From IMG/VR virus record IMGVR_UViG_2875703104_000002: DNA of 37,887 nt. One strand, given 5' to 3'. Both the position numbers and the translations under genes were made by a program. Source of the DNA: a virus (Duplodnaviria > Heunggongvirae > Uroviricota > Caudoviricetes). The notes below the pieces were generated by a model. The model was given only the letters and a program-made list of their open reading frames with translations, ran no database searches and had not been told where the DNA came from. Every line of letters begins with the position of its first letter. Positions within the stretch are counted from its first letter, which is position 1. Positions 1 to 8,909 of the stretch are shown here, piece by piece.

Positions 1-498
1 ATGACAGGAAGTCAGGTCATTGATGCTGAAGAGGACAGGCATAAACTGGTTGTAGAGTACAAGGATGCTCTGCAACCTGCCGATTTTTATCACAATTTCA
101 AACAACGGGGTATCCGCTCCGTACAGCTTATTCCCCATCTTGAATTTGATGACCGGGGCGATCTGACGGCCGCTTCGGTGACAGCAGAGCTGTGGGGGAA
201 ATTTTTAATTGCCCTGTTCGAGTGTTGGGTACGGGCAGATATCAGTCGTATTTCGATTGAGCTTTTTGACGCCACCCTACAAAAATGGTGTGGCAGCGAA
301 AACCCGCAACCGCGTCGTGGCTGCCAGGCGTGCGACTGGCATCGCCTGTGCCCGCACGCTCGGGAGGAGACGCCAGACAACGTGCTTTGTGCGGGCTATC
401 AGGCGTTTTATTCTTACTCCGCGCCGCATATGCGGGTGATGCGTGATCTGATAAAGCAGCATCGTTCTCCCATGGAGCTGATGACGATGCTGCGGTGA
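1..498 (+). CDS. yidF: Host radical-SAM/SPASM-type maturase-like protein (YidF-like); ORF begins at window position 1 so the true start may lie upstream
   Basis: 165-aa ORF with Cys-rich C-terminal cluster (CQACDWHRLCPH...C) typical of anaerobic sulfatase-maturase SPASM domains; convergent with emrD as in E. coli K-12 (from memory, not searched). Confidence 0.5.
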   Translation: MTGSQVIDAEEDRHKLVVEYKDALQPADFYHNFKQRGIRSVQLIPHLEFDDRGDLTAASVTAELWGKFLIALFECWVRADISRISIELFDATLQKWCGSENPQPRRGCQACDWHRLCPHAREETPDNVLCAGYQAFYSYSAPHMRVMRDLIKQHRSPMELMTMLR

Positions 499-505
499 CG
501 TGAGC

Positions 506-1696
506 TTAAACAGGCTGCCCCTGATGCGACATCCGCGTCGCCAGCGGTAGCCAGCACAGCACGATCAACAATCCCATTAAGGTCATCAACAATCCCAGGC
601 TGCCCTGACCGGTTTGCGGCAACATCGCAGAGAGCGACGCCAGCACGCCGGAACCAATGTTTTGCAGACCGCCGACCAGCGCGCCAGCGGTGCCCGCCAG
701 GAAGGGGAACGGCTCCATCGCGCCGCTGGTAGCCAGTGGAAACAGCATCCCGGCACCGAAAAAGAACAGCGCGGCGGGAATGAGCAGCGTCCAGACATTC
801 ATCACGCCAAACCAGTCGGGGATCCACATCAGCAAGCCAGCCAGCAGGCAACAGATAACCGACTGCCACATCAACGTTGAGAAGCGCTTATTGGGACGTC
901 CGGCAAACCATGCGCCAAAAAATGCCGCCGGAATCGGCAGAATAAACAAAATACTGACCGTCATACTGCTCAGCCCTAACACCGCGCCCATCAGCACGCC
1001 GGAGCAGGCTTCAAATGCGGCAATCCCGGCCAGACCGCCAATCAGCATCAGCAAATAACAGTTAAAACCGCTGTTACCGAAAAGCGTTTTATAACTGGTA
1101 AGCAGGCGCGTGCGCGGTGCGTCGACCGGACGCGTTTCCGGCATCCAGCGGGCCATACTGAAAGTCACACCGGCACAAAGAACCAACAAAAAGAGATAAC
1201 AGGCACGCCAGTTCCACATCGTATCCAGCAGACCGCCGATTAGCGGTGCGAGCAGCGGACTGACAAGAATCCCCATGTTTAACAGGCTGTTAGCGTGGCG
1301 CAACTGTGTCCGTTCATATAAATCGCGCGGCAAAGTACGCGCCATTACGCCGCCAACGCCGGTGCCCATCCCCTGCATCGCGCTGGCGGCAATCAATACC
1401 ATCAAACTGGAGGTCGTGACCGCGACCAGCGTTGCCAGCATAAAAATGGACATTCCGACGAGGATCACCGGTCGGCGACCCACGCGGTCGGAAATCGGGC
1501 CATAAAACAGCTGTGAGACACCGTAAGTCAGCAGATAAGCGCCCATTACGCTCTGCACCGCCCCTTCACGGACATTGAGATCGCGCGCCATATCGGCAAT
1601 AGCTGGAATATAAATGGTTTGCGCCATCTGACCGACGGCCACGAGTAATACCAACATCAATAACAAATTGACGTTTCTATGCCTTTTCATTATCAC
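506..1696 (-). CDS. emrD: MFS multidrug efflux transporter EmrD
   Basis: 396-aa ORF, highly hydrophobic with multiple predicted TM helices; sequence recognised as E. coli EmrD (N-terminus MKRHRNVNLLLMLVLLVAVGQMAQTIYIPAIADMARDL). Confidence 0.9.
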   Translation of the reverse strand: MIMKRHRNVNLLLMLVLLVAVGQMAQTIYIPAIADMARDLNVREGAVQSVMGAYLLTYGVSQLFYGPISDRVGRRPVILVGMSIFMLATLVAVTTSSLMVLIAASAMQGMGTGVGGVMARTLPRDLYERTQLRHANSLLNMGILVSPLLAPLIGGLLDTMWNWRACYLFLLVLCAGVTFSMARWMPETRPVDAPRTRLLTSYKTLFGNSGFNCYLLMLIGGLAGIAAFEACSGVLMGAVLGLSSMTVSILFILPIPAAFFGAWFAGRPNKRFSTLMWQSVICCLLAGLLMWIPDWFGVMNVWTLLIPAALFFFGAGMLFPLATSGAMEPFPFLAGTAGALVGGLQNIGSGVLASLSAMLPQTGQGSLGLLMTLMGLLIVLCWLPLATRMSHQGQPV

Positions 1697-1856
1697 GGAT
1701 GCTTTTATAAAAATAATTAGAATAAGTCACTACGCATTCCCATAAATGCGGGAGAGGAATCTATCACATTGATGAATGTTAGCCAGATATACGCCAGGAA
1801 TGGGGAATTGTTTAGCGGCAGAATATGTAAACAAAAGCGGCAATAAATGTTGCCGG

Positions 1857-1906
1857 TGAAGCGGCGCACGAAAAACGCGAAAGCGTTTCACGATAAATGC
1901 GAAAAC
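1857..1906. mobile_element. attR: Mu right-end (attR) terminus with MuA-binding sites R1/R2; terminal dinucleotide 5'-TG at 1857-1858
   Basis: Sequence TGAAGCGGCGCACGAAAAACGCGAAAGCGTTTCACGATAAATGCGAAAAC matches the 50-bp Mu R-end used in MuA in vitro transposition (from memory); host DNA immediately to the left. Confidence 0.85.
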
Positions 1907-1933
1907 TTTAGCTTTCGCGCTTCAAATGAAACA

Positions 1934-1955
1934 GCAGTATTAATTACTGCTTTTT
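1934..1955. terminator. Hairpin (GCAGTA-ttaat-TACTGC) followed by T5, overlapping the mom stop codon; possible bidirectional terminator
   Basis: 6-bp inverted repeat with 5-nt loop at 1934..1950 followed by TTTTT on plus strand and preceded by an A-run (U-run on minus strand). Confidence 0.3.
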
Positions 1956-2697
1956 ATTCATTACATGGGGATCGCTTAGGGTATGGCTGAACCTTGAATA
2001 GTTTGGTATTTAGCCGCTTCCTTGCTCGCTTGTTCAGGAATCTGATGTAGCGATACTGATTAAATTTGTGCACCACGGCACGCTCTTTATTAGCCCGTAA
2101 ATACACGCCTCGTTGTCCACCTCGCTTAATCGCGTTCATCGTTATCTCGTGATACCACTCACCATCCAGCTCGTAGAATGTACTTTCATGACTGCCAATA
2201 AAATCAAAATTCGACGCCTGATACACAACGCCTGCGCGTCCGCAGCGTTCGTCTGCAAAGGACTGAACCCACTCCACTGACGGATACAGTAACCTGATGG
2301 TTTTCAGTGCATAACTGATGACCCGTGATTCAGAGTTGCGGGGCATGTCATCGTGTAGCCACATGCGGTTCAACTCCATATAGCCCCGGTTATCCGTTTC
2401 AAGCACGACACGACGACCTGAGTTGGGGTTAAGGGCATATCCCCACTGGAGAACGCCAACCAGATCGCGTCCGCTGAATACTCCCAGGTGGAGGTAAGAG
2501 TTATTCACAAAACGGCGGGAATAGTGCTTTGTCTGAATAATTGTGCGGGCCAGCCAACAGGATATGGTTTCAACGCGCAGCTCCTTTGAACCATAGCCAA
2601 CAATCTGGCCTTCATACTCAATAACGCACGGTTTCGTCAGAATGCGTGATTTCTTCTCTTTTCCCACAATGTTTCTCCGTGGGATGCTCGCAGGCAT
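1954..2697 (-). CDS. mom: Mom DNA-modification (anti-restriction adenine modification) protein; true start may be downstream of the ORF-track start, near the com stop
   Basis: 247-aa ORF as last gene before the R-end, overlapping the 3' end of the com zinc-finger ORF, preceded by a GATC-cluster regulatory region; matches Mu com-mom architecture. Confidence 0.8.
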   Translation of the reverse strand: MPASIPRRNIVGKEKKSRILTKPCVIEYEGQIVGYGSKELRVETISCWLARTIIQTKHYSRRFVNNSYLHLGVFSGRDLVGVLQWGYALNPNSGRRVVLETDNRGYMELNRMWLHDDMPRNSESRVISYALKTIRLLYPSVEWVQSFADERCGRAGVVYQASNFDFIGSHESTFYELDGEWYHEITMNAIKRGGQRGVYLRANKERAVVHKFNQYRYIRFLNKRARKRLNTKLFKVQPYPKRSPCNE

Positions 2698-2806
2698 TCA
2701 GCATTATGATGTGACGTTTGCAACGCGGACACCTGATTTCAATGTGAACAAAGGAATCCGCCTTAAATAACAGTTTGTTGCAGTTTTTACAGCGAATTGA
2801 TTTCAT
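2618..2806 (-). CDS. com: Com, zinc-finger translational activator of mom
   Basis: 62-aa ORF with CxxC...CxxC zinc finger (CKNCNK...CPRCKRH); strong SD AGGAGG 5 nt upstream of ATG; overlaps mom. Confidence 0.8.
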   Translation of the reverse strand: MKSIRCKNCNKLLFKADSFVHIEIRCPRCKRHIIMLNACEHPTEKHCGKREEITHSDETVRY

Positions 2807-2930
2807 CTCACCTCCTTTGCATCAATTCGCCACTATCTTAAAAAACATCATGAGTTGAGTGTGGTTATTGGGGCATAATCGATCTGTATTACCGATCGAT
2901 TCAATTGATTCGATCGTCGTTTTCTATATG
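2807..2930 (-). promoter_or_regulatory. mom/com late promoter region with three clustered Dam GATC sites (2881, 2894, 2912)
   Basis: Three GATC within 35 bp, 75-110 bp upstream of the com start; known Mu Pmom architecture (Dam methylation blocks OxyR; C activates). Confidence 0.6.
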
Positions 2931-3062
2931 TGTTCGCTACGGCTGGGTATCATTTCCGACGAGAATAAACAAAAATTAACCGAGTGGATGCTCTATGCGC
3001 AGAAGGTCGAATATACAGACACCTCCAGCCTGCCAGTAACGTTTCCCGAACAACCAGAATGA
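2931..3062 (+). pseudogene. 3' remnant of an alternative tail-fibre assembly gene (U'-like), convergent with U; N-terminal part missing
   Basis: Plus-strand ORF ends ...LTEWMLYAQKVEYTDTSSLPVTFPEQPE, resembling the conserved C-terminal motif of tail-fibre assembly proteins (compare U C-terminus ...[26 protein letters not shown]); only about 44 codons of homology, upstream part runs into the mom GATC region. Confidence 0.5.
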
Positions 3063-3090
3063 GAGAAGGCCCGGTATCGGGGCTTAATTT

Positions 3091-3618
3091 TTACTCTGGT
3101 TTTTGTGGCCATTCTGGCTTTGCTGTATCCACACGGCTGACCAGAACGCTGTAGCGTTCCCAGGCTTCCAGTCGTGTGCGCTCCTCATCCGTCGCCATAT
3201 TCAGCCTGACAGCGCGTTCCAGCTGCTGGATGACTGATTCAGCTTCGGAAAGCAATGCGGCCTTTTGTAATTCGGCCTGCTGTTGCTGCTCGTCTGCCGT
3301 ATAAATCCGTTTAACCACAGCTCCGTCCTTAAACAGCCACTTTCCTGAATCGTCGGCGCGACGATTGGCGGTGATATCGGGAACTTCGACAACGCTGTAG
3401 CCTGTAGGGTCCAGTGTTGAAGCGTCTCTGGTTACGGCCACAATAATATTGTTCTCGTCGTAAAGAATTTTTATTGTGTCCGGCTGAAAGTTCTTCACTT
3501 CCTCATACCAGTTTTTTCCGTCTTCTGACCACAGCCAGGCAACATTAAAATTTTTTGTTAGCTGATATTGCTCAACGGTTTTTGGATTGCCGGCGACAAT
3601 GTTTTTTAAATGCTGCAT
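3091..3618 (-). CDS. Tail fibre assembly protein (U-like, Tfa family)
   Basis: 175-aa ORF directly downstream of the tail fibre gene; C-terminal Tfa motif W-x-x-Y-x-x-L-x-x-VDT-x-x-PEWP. Confidence 0.8.
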   Translation of the reverse strand: MQHLKNIVAGNPKTVEQYQLTKNFNVAWLWSEDGKNWYEEVKNFQPDTIKILYDENNIIVAVTRDASTLDPTGYSVVEVPDITANRRADDSGKWLFKDGAVVKRIYTADEQQQQAELQKAALLSEAESVIQQLERAVRLNMATDEERTRLEAWERYSVLVSRVDTAKPEWPQKPE

Positions 3619-3621
3619 AAA

Positions 3622-6266
3622 TTACACCTGTGACACGTTGTACCACGTTCCGTTAATTAACTTTTGTATTGGTCTGAATACTGCCGGATCGTCGCCATCA
3701 ACTTCGCCGACAATGCCAAGCCCGGTAATTACATGGCCTGATTTCTCATACATCACGCCTTTTTGCATGGTCTGAACAACACGTGTGCCAAGTCGGACAT
3801 CCCTCACGTATCGGCCATCAAAATTGCCGTAATCCGAGGGGTTAACGCGCCCCGTAATATTTACGGTTTTATTACTCTGAATGCTGCCGGAAACAAAGCG
3901 CATAACATGGACGTTATTAGCATAAACATCCAGATTACCATCACCATTTTGTTTAAAGCCCGTGTCATTATCACCCAAAACAATCGAATTACCGCCAAGA
4001 GCACTGGATGTTCCTATACCCAGAGCACCATTCAATTGACCACCAGATAACGGCAGTGCACCGACATCTCCCGCTGTAGGTTTTCGCGTTGTGGTATAAA
4101 ACTCAGACCAGTCAGCCTCGAATCCGTAACCGTCACGAGCAGAACGATAAAAAATACCACCGTTCTTATAATTAACGCGAAACTGGGCGGCGGGACAACT
4201 TCCTTCACCGATATTAAAATGAAGAATTAACGTTGATGCCCCACCAATATTTGCGTTATAGGCTCCGCTACTCCAGTTCCATCCAACGGCTTTATCATTC
4301 GCAACGGTGTCTCCTGTTTTTCCTGAAGCAAATGCACCAATATTTTTCGGCGTCAGGTTAATATCTGATGTTCCATCAAACGAAACGTTATTAATTTTAT
4401 TCCTGAAGCAAATGCACCAATATTTTTCGGCGTCAGGTTAATATCTGATGTTCCATCAAACGAAACGTTATTAATTTTACGGGCTGTTTTCAGCTTTGTT
4501 GCTGTCGCCGCATTGCCGGACAGTTCACCAGAAAGGCCAGCACTGAATGCCTGTTTCGCGCCCCATGTCTGGGCTTCGTCAATGATTGGTACTCGTCTTG
4601 TTGTGATCGTGCGGCTTCCCGGATTTCCTGAAATGCGCACCATAAAAAAGCGGTAGTTGGCTTTACTTACAGTGCTGCGCCATACATGCATTGAGCGCCC
4701 CGTACCGGAATCATCACTCGGACCAACTGCGATGTTTATCAGGTTGCCATCAATGACGCCCCAGTCCATACCGTCGGGAATATTGGTCATATTATCCAGC
4801 CGAACGGTTATCAGACTGCCCGGCACAAAATCGTAGGTCTGCCAGTCCAGACTGGATAGTTTTGCCACTGCGCCACCGATGCCCAGATTCAGGGGAAGTG
4901 AATAAGATGTGTAAACTTCCCGCCATTCGCTCCATGAGCTGCCGGTAAAAACGCGCTCAAACGTGCGACCTTTAAGGGTTGTACCTGTTCCGGCAGTTGT
5001 ATAACGCTGCCATACGTTAACACCATCAAAGCGCCTCAACACTTCCAGAATACCGAGGACTGTCACGCCGTTTCCGTCCAGTATTGGACCGTTGGTTGCT
5101 TTACCTGTAACGCTGTAAATACCTGGTGAAGTCACATCATTCAAATCCCCGTCGTAATAACGACTCTCTGACTGATGACCGACTCTTAACCACGGTTCCC
5201 ACTGTGGGTTCTCTGCATTCCATGTAGCAGAAAGGCAGCGAACATATACGTTCCCACGGCGGGTCGTATAGCGTTGCGTGCGTGAGTACCCACCACCCTC
5301 AAGAACTTCAAGGAGTCCCTGACCATAACTTCCTTCTTCCGGATAGTTGCGGTCAAATGAAGCGATAGAGCCACTACTGTTTCGCCATAAACCAAGATGC
5401 TCTGCGCCTCCTAGCGTGTTCAGGTCAATAGCTGTGCTCAGGGGGCGTGTTGCAGACTGAATCTGACGCCAGTAGCTCCACGGACCGTCTGAGCCATTCC
5501 AGGTGCCAGAAAGATTACGCATATAAACATTGCCAGTTCTGGTGGTATAACGCTGCATTCCGGAAAAATTACCGCCATTGAAGACCTCAAGAACACCGAC
5601 TGCACCGTCTTCAGGGAAATTTTTCTCCAGTGTTGCGTTGGAGGATGTGGATTTATACCAGACACCCACATAAGCCTTAACTGGACCAAATGTATTGATA
5701 TCAGCATCAACCGGCATTTCGCCGTTGTTTTTCATAAACGTCAGGCTGGTAACGCCAACATTGTCCAGAAAAGCTGATTTATCCTGGATATCTGCACCAT
5801 TCTGATTTTTCGCCAGACGTGAATTTGCGTTGTCATTTGCTGCCTTGACCGCTTTTGGCGTTGCGGCGAGTGCTTCGGATGTGCTGTTGGTAGCACTACT
5901 TAGCTGAACCAGCCCCTTTTTGCTCACGCTGGCATCATAAATACCCAGATTTTCACGTGCTGTGCGCTGTGCTGATGCCCCGGCAGTTTTTATTTCGCTG
6001 AGGTTATTTTTTATCAGCAGCGCGTTCTTGTTCATGATGGCTTTAATGGACAGTGCAAGCTGGTTTAATTTTGTTTTATCCGGTTGAATACCGGCTTCTT
6101 CCAGCGTGTTTAATAACTCCGCCTGCACAATATTAAACCAGTCCATGCCGGGCCATGTGATAACATTATTCCCGTCACCTTCTGAAAACCAGCGAACGAT
6201 AGCACTACGCTGGGCGGATACGGGCGGCATGACGGTTACGCCGCTGTCGTTATCAATATAAAACAT
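3622..6266 (-). pseudogene. Tail fibre protein (S-like), frameshifted by an 80-bp tandem duplication: 637-aa N-terminal ORF 4353..6266 plus out-of-frame C-terminal continuation 3622..4320
   Basis: Hand translation shows minus-strand frame continuous from 4398 to 3622 with no stop; ORF1 and that frame encode the same peptide KINNVSFDGTSDINLTPKNIGAFASG across the two repeat copies; removing one copy fuses them into about 854 codons. Confidence 0.8.
4320..4479. repeat. Perfect 80-bp tandem direct duplication (copies 4320..4399 and 4400..4479) inside the tail fibre gene
   Basis: Both copies read TTCCTGAAGCAAATGCACCAATATTTTTCGGCGTCAGGTTAATATCTGATGTTCCATCAAACGAAACGTTATTAATTTTA; 80 is not a multiple of 3. 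Confidence 0.97.
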
Positions 6267-6808
6267 TAGTTATCTCCGTCATGGTAAACAAATTTATAAA
6301 TCTGATGCGCGGGTTTATATTTCTCCAGTAAACATTCCAGCGCACCCGATTCATAAACACGTAACGGCGTCAGAACATTATCCAGCACCGTTGCGTTGCG
6401 ATAATTTTTAATACCGTAAATATTGACCTGCGTAACCCACTGGCCTTCTGTGGAATCCGTCAGCCTGACGGTAAAACCGTACTGCGCAGCCAGCCATTCA
6501 TAAAAGCGCCGACTCAGATTGCCGGTCATACGCATTTTATTCGCGGCAGCCCGCTGGCGTTCGGACAGGGTGCCGTTTTCGCTTGTACAGTCCGGCAACC
6601 CCAGAAATGATTCCCACTCCCCCAGATACCAGCGGGATGTGGACGGGAAACGCTCCCGCAGCATTTGCCGCGCATCATCCGCCGCAGTGGCAATCACGTC
6701 GCTGATGGCCTGCGCCAGCGCAGATAATTTGCTGTCGGGGCTTTTATTCCAGGCAAGCCCTGACGGCAGTAATTGCAGAAAGGCCGTCTGATAGGGTGTT
6801 ACAGCCAT
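6266..6808 (-). CDS. Baseplate/tail protein (Mu gp48-like)
   Basis: 180-aa ORF immediately upstream of the tail fibre gene with overlapping stop/start; position and size match Mu gp48. Confidence 0.65.
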   Translation of the reverse strand: MAVTPYQTAFLQLLPSGLAWNKSPDSKLSALAQAISDVIATAADDARQMLRERFPSTSRWYLGEWESFLGLPDCTSENGTLSERQRAAANKMRMTGNLSRRFYEWLAAQYGFTVRLTDSTEGQWVTQVNIYGIKNYRNATVLDNVLTPLRVYESGALECLLEKYKPAHQIYKFVYHDGDN

Positions 6809-7881
6809 TCAATTGTCCCCGGTGTTAACAGTTCCGTATTCTCCGAACGCTGGATCTCTGTCGGGAAACGCACTTCAAAATCATCCAGACCGGTAACACC
6901 TGCCACCGCACGGATAATACGGGAGGGGGCAAGTGCGCCGCCCGGCGTCACCTCATTAAAAAACATGGTATTAATGGCGTGGGTAATAGCCTGTTTCAGT
7001 TCGGCTGTCTTCGGTGATATATAAATCCGTGGATTTACCGGCTTTGCCTTTGGCGCAAATACCGTGACATTTACACCGTCAGGCTGCCCGACAATCAGGC
7101 CGGTTATCGGGTCAGTATGACCGGCGATATAATCCGCCACACGTTCCACGTCTGCCGGTTGTGGAAAAATATTGCTCCGGTTATCCATAACAAACGTCAC
7201 CCCGACTGTGCCACCGCCTTTCCATGTCGGAAAACACCAGGCACGGGTAACGCCGCTGACTTCACGCGCCCAGCGGACGTAATCAAACTGATTACCGCCG
7301 AACGGAGGATACTGGACACGATATTCCAGCCGTGACAGCAGCTCCGCTGCACTCTCAATATCAGCCCCACCGGAAAACCCTTTTACAGTGATGGCATCGG
7401 AAACAACACAGGCAACCGGGGTGATCAACGTTAAAAGGGTATTCTCACCGGTATTTCCTGCCTCACCGGCAGCCAGTGCGGTAACGGTAATTTCCGTCGT
7501 TCCTGCACGGTCAATCACAATGGCATCAGCCAGGCTGTAAACCACACCATCAGCACGCTGCCAGCGTGTACCGGCAGGAATGGTGGTCGCTGCCGATGTG
7601 GTGACAGTCAGCGGGCCGCTGGCGGCTGTCGCCTGTTTGCGGCGCACGCCCCAGAACCGGCAGTGCTCCAGCAACTCATCTTCATCTGCTGTCGACGGGA
7701 TAATCTGCCGTCCAACCCATGAAATATGCTCGTGACAACCGGCAGCAAGGCCCGCCTGAGCATAAGCAATGGCACTCAGCGTTTTTTCACGGGCCTGAGG
7801 CCAGCTACCCGGCAGGCGCTGTTCAATATTCTGTTCTGTACGGGCAATCAGCGATGATAATGTCGGTGGTGAATAAGCCAT
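6799..7881 (-). CDS. Baseplate J-like protein (Mu gp47-like)
   Basis: 360-aa ORF in the baseplate block; size and position match Mu gp47. Confidence 0.7.
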   Translation of the reverse strand: MAYSPPTLSSLIARTEQNIEQRLPGSWPQAREKTLSAIAYAQAGLAAGCHEHISWVGRQIIPSTADEDELLEHCRFWGVRRKQATAASGPLTVTTSAATTIPAGTRWQRADGVVYSLADAIVIDRAGTTEITVTALAAGEAGNTGENTLLTLITPVACVVSDAITVKGFSGGADIESAAELLSRLEYRVQYPPFGGNQFDYVRWAREVSGVTRAWCFPTWKGGGTVGVTFVMDNRSNIFPQPADVERVADYIAGHTDPITGLIVGQPDGVNVTVFAPKAKPVNPRIYISPKTAELKQAITHAINTMFFNEVTPGGALAPSRIIRAVAGVTGLDDFEVRFPTEIQRSENTELLTPGTIEWL

Positions 7882-8319
7882 TTAAACCCCGTTAAATGCT
7901 GCTTTAAACTCATAAGGAATAACGGAACCATCCGGTAATGTCAGTGCAATGTAGAGGTATAACCAGCCCTGATGTAACTGTTCCGCTCTGACGTTAATCG
8001 CACTTACCCGGCCCGCTGTTTTCAGCCATTCCAGCGCCTCTTCGGCATACCCTCTGGCGCGTTCCAGCGTATCCGGTGTGGCTTTTTCACGTGATAACAG
8101 CCACAACCGCGAACCGATGGGGCGGTCGCGGTAACTGTCCCCCCACCATCCACGGCGATCATCTGAACCATCCGGCAGCGTGTCAGAATCCAGCGCGCGC
8201 CGGTCGGTAAACAGGGAGATTGTCACATCGGTTGTCAGGCTGTCGTCGGTCAGCATATCAATGCCATCCTGTGCAATATCGCCGCGTCCGTTCGTCCAGA
8301 TAATGGCTAAATCGGTCAT
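7882..8319 (-). CDS. Baseplate wedge protein (Mu gp46-like)
   Basis: 145-aa ORF, translationally coupled within the baseplate block. Confidence 0.65.
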   Translation of the reverse strand: MTDLAIIWTNGRGDIAQDGIDMLTDDSLTTDVTISLFTDRRALDSDTLPDGSDDRRGWWGDSYRDRPIGSRLWLLSREKATPDTLERARGYAEEALEWLKTAGRVSAINVRAEQLHQGWLYLYIALTLPDGSVIPYEFKAAFNGV

Positions 8320-8909
8320 TGCATTGGCCCCGTGGTTCCGCCGCTGTCGCCACGGTGGATATGCTTATCCGTCGATTTGCCATTGATGATGGCATCCGGG
8401 GCAGTAATATTGCTGTCGAACTGGCTTTTACCTTTAACGCCCAGACCTTTCTGGATCTCAACGTCGCCGGTAAACGTGGTTCTGGGTGTGTCAACGGTCA
8501 TACTTTCATCAGCGTAAACCTCGACCGTTTTACAGGTAATGATGCAGCGTCCGTCCTTTGTCAGCCTGATACGATGCCCCTCATGGTGGTAAATGCCTGC
8601 ATCACCCGGTTCAAGATTTGTCGGGCGGTAGCGGCGGTCTTCCACCACAACGGCGATCCCCTGATCACGTTGTGCACCCACACAGGCAATCAGCGCCTCT
8701 GCGCCCGGCAGGGGAACGCTGAAATGTCCGTAATTTTGCAGGCGCTCCACTTCATCGGATTCCTCATCATCCAGCAGACCGACCTGCAGGTTCTGAACCT
8801 TTCGCCCGTCGTTAATCACGTTAACAACAGCGCGCGCAAGCATCAGGCGCACACGACGCATCAGCGGCGTCAGCAGGCGGTTCAGGGCGGAATCATTTAC
8901 TCTTTCCAC
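8316..8909 (-). CDS. Baseplate hub/spike protein (Mu gp45-like)
   Basis: 197-aa ORF; position and size match Mu gp45. Confidence 0.65.
   Translation of the reverse strand: MERVNDSALNRLLTPLMRRVRLMLARAVVNVINDGRKVQNLQVGLLDDEESDEVERLQNYGHFSVPLPGAEALIACVGAQRDQGIAVVVEDRRYRPTNLEPGDAGIYHHEGHRIRLTKDGRCIITCKTVEVYADESMTVDTPRTTFTGDVEIQKGLGVKGKSQFDSNITAPDAIINGKSTDKHIHRGDSGGTTGPMQ

Noticed and set aside
1697-1856. tRNA gene or integrase-type att core at the prophage junction
   Set aside because: No tRNA-like sequence or integrase gene is present; the junction carries a Mu-type transposon end, consistent with transposition-mediated insertion.
2859-2930. 5' portion of the 67-aa plus-strand ORF as genuine coding sequence
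   Set aside because: This segment overlaps the mom GATC regulatory cluster and shows no tail-fibre assembly similarity; only the 3' roughly 44 codons look like a gene remnant.
4320-4479. Tandem repeats here and at 11959..12516 considered as a CRISPR array or minisatellite
   Set aside because: No unique spacers between repeats, both lie inside protein-coding genes, and unit lengths (80 and 186 bp) are inconsistent with CRISPR architecture.
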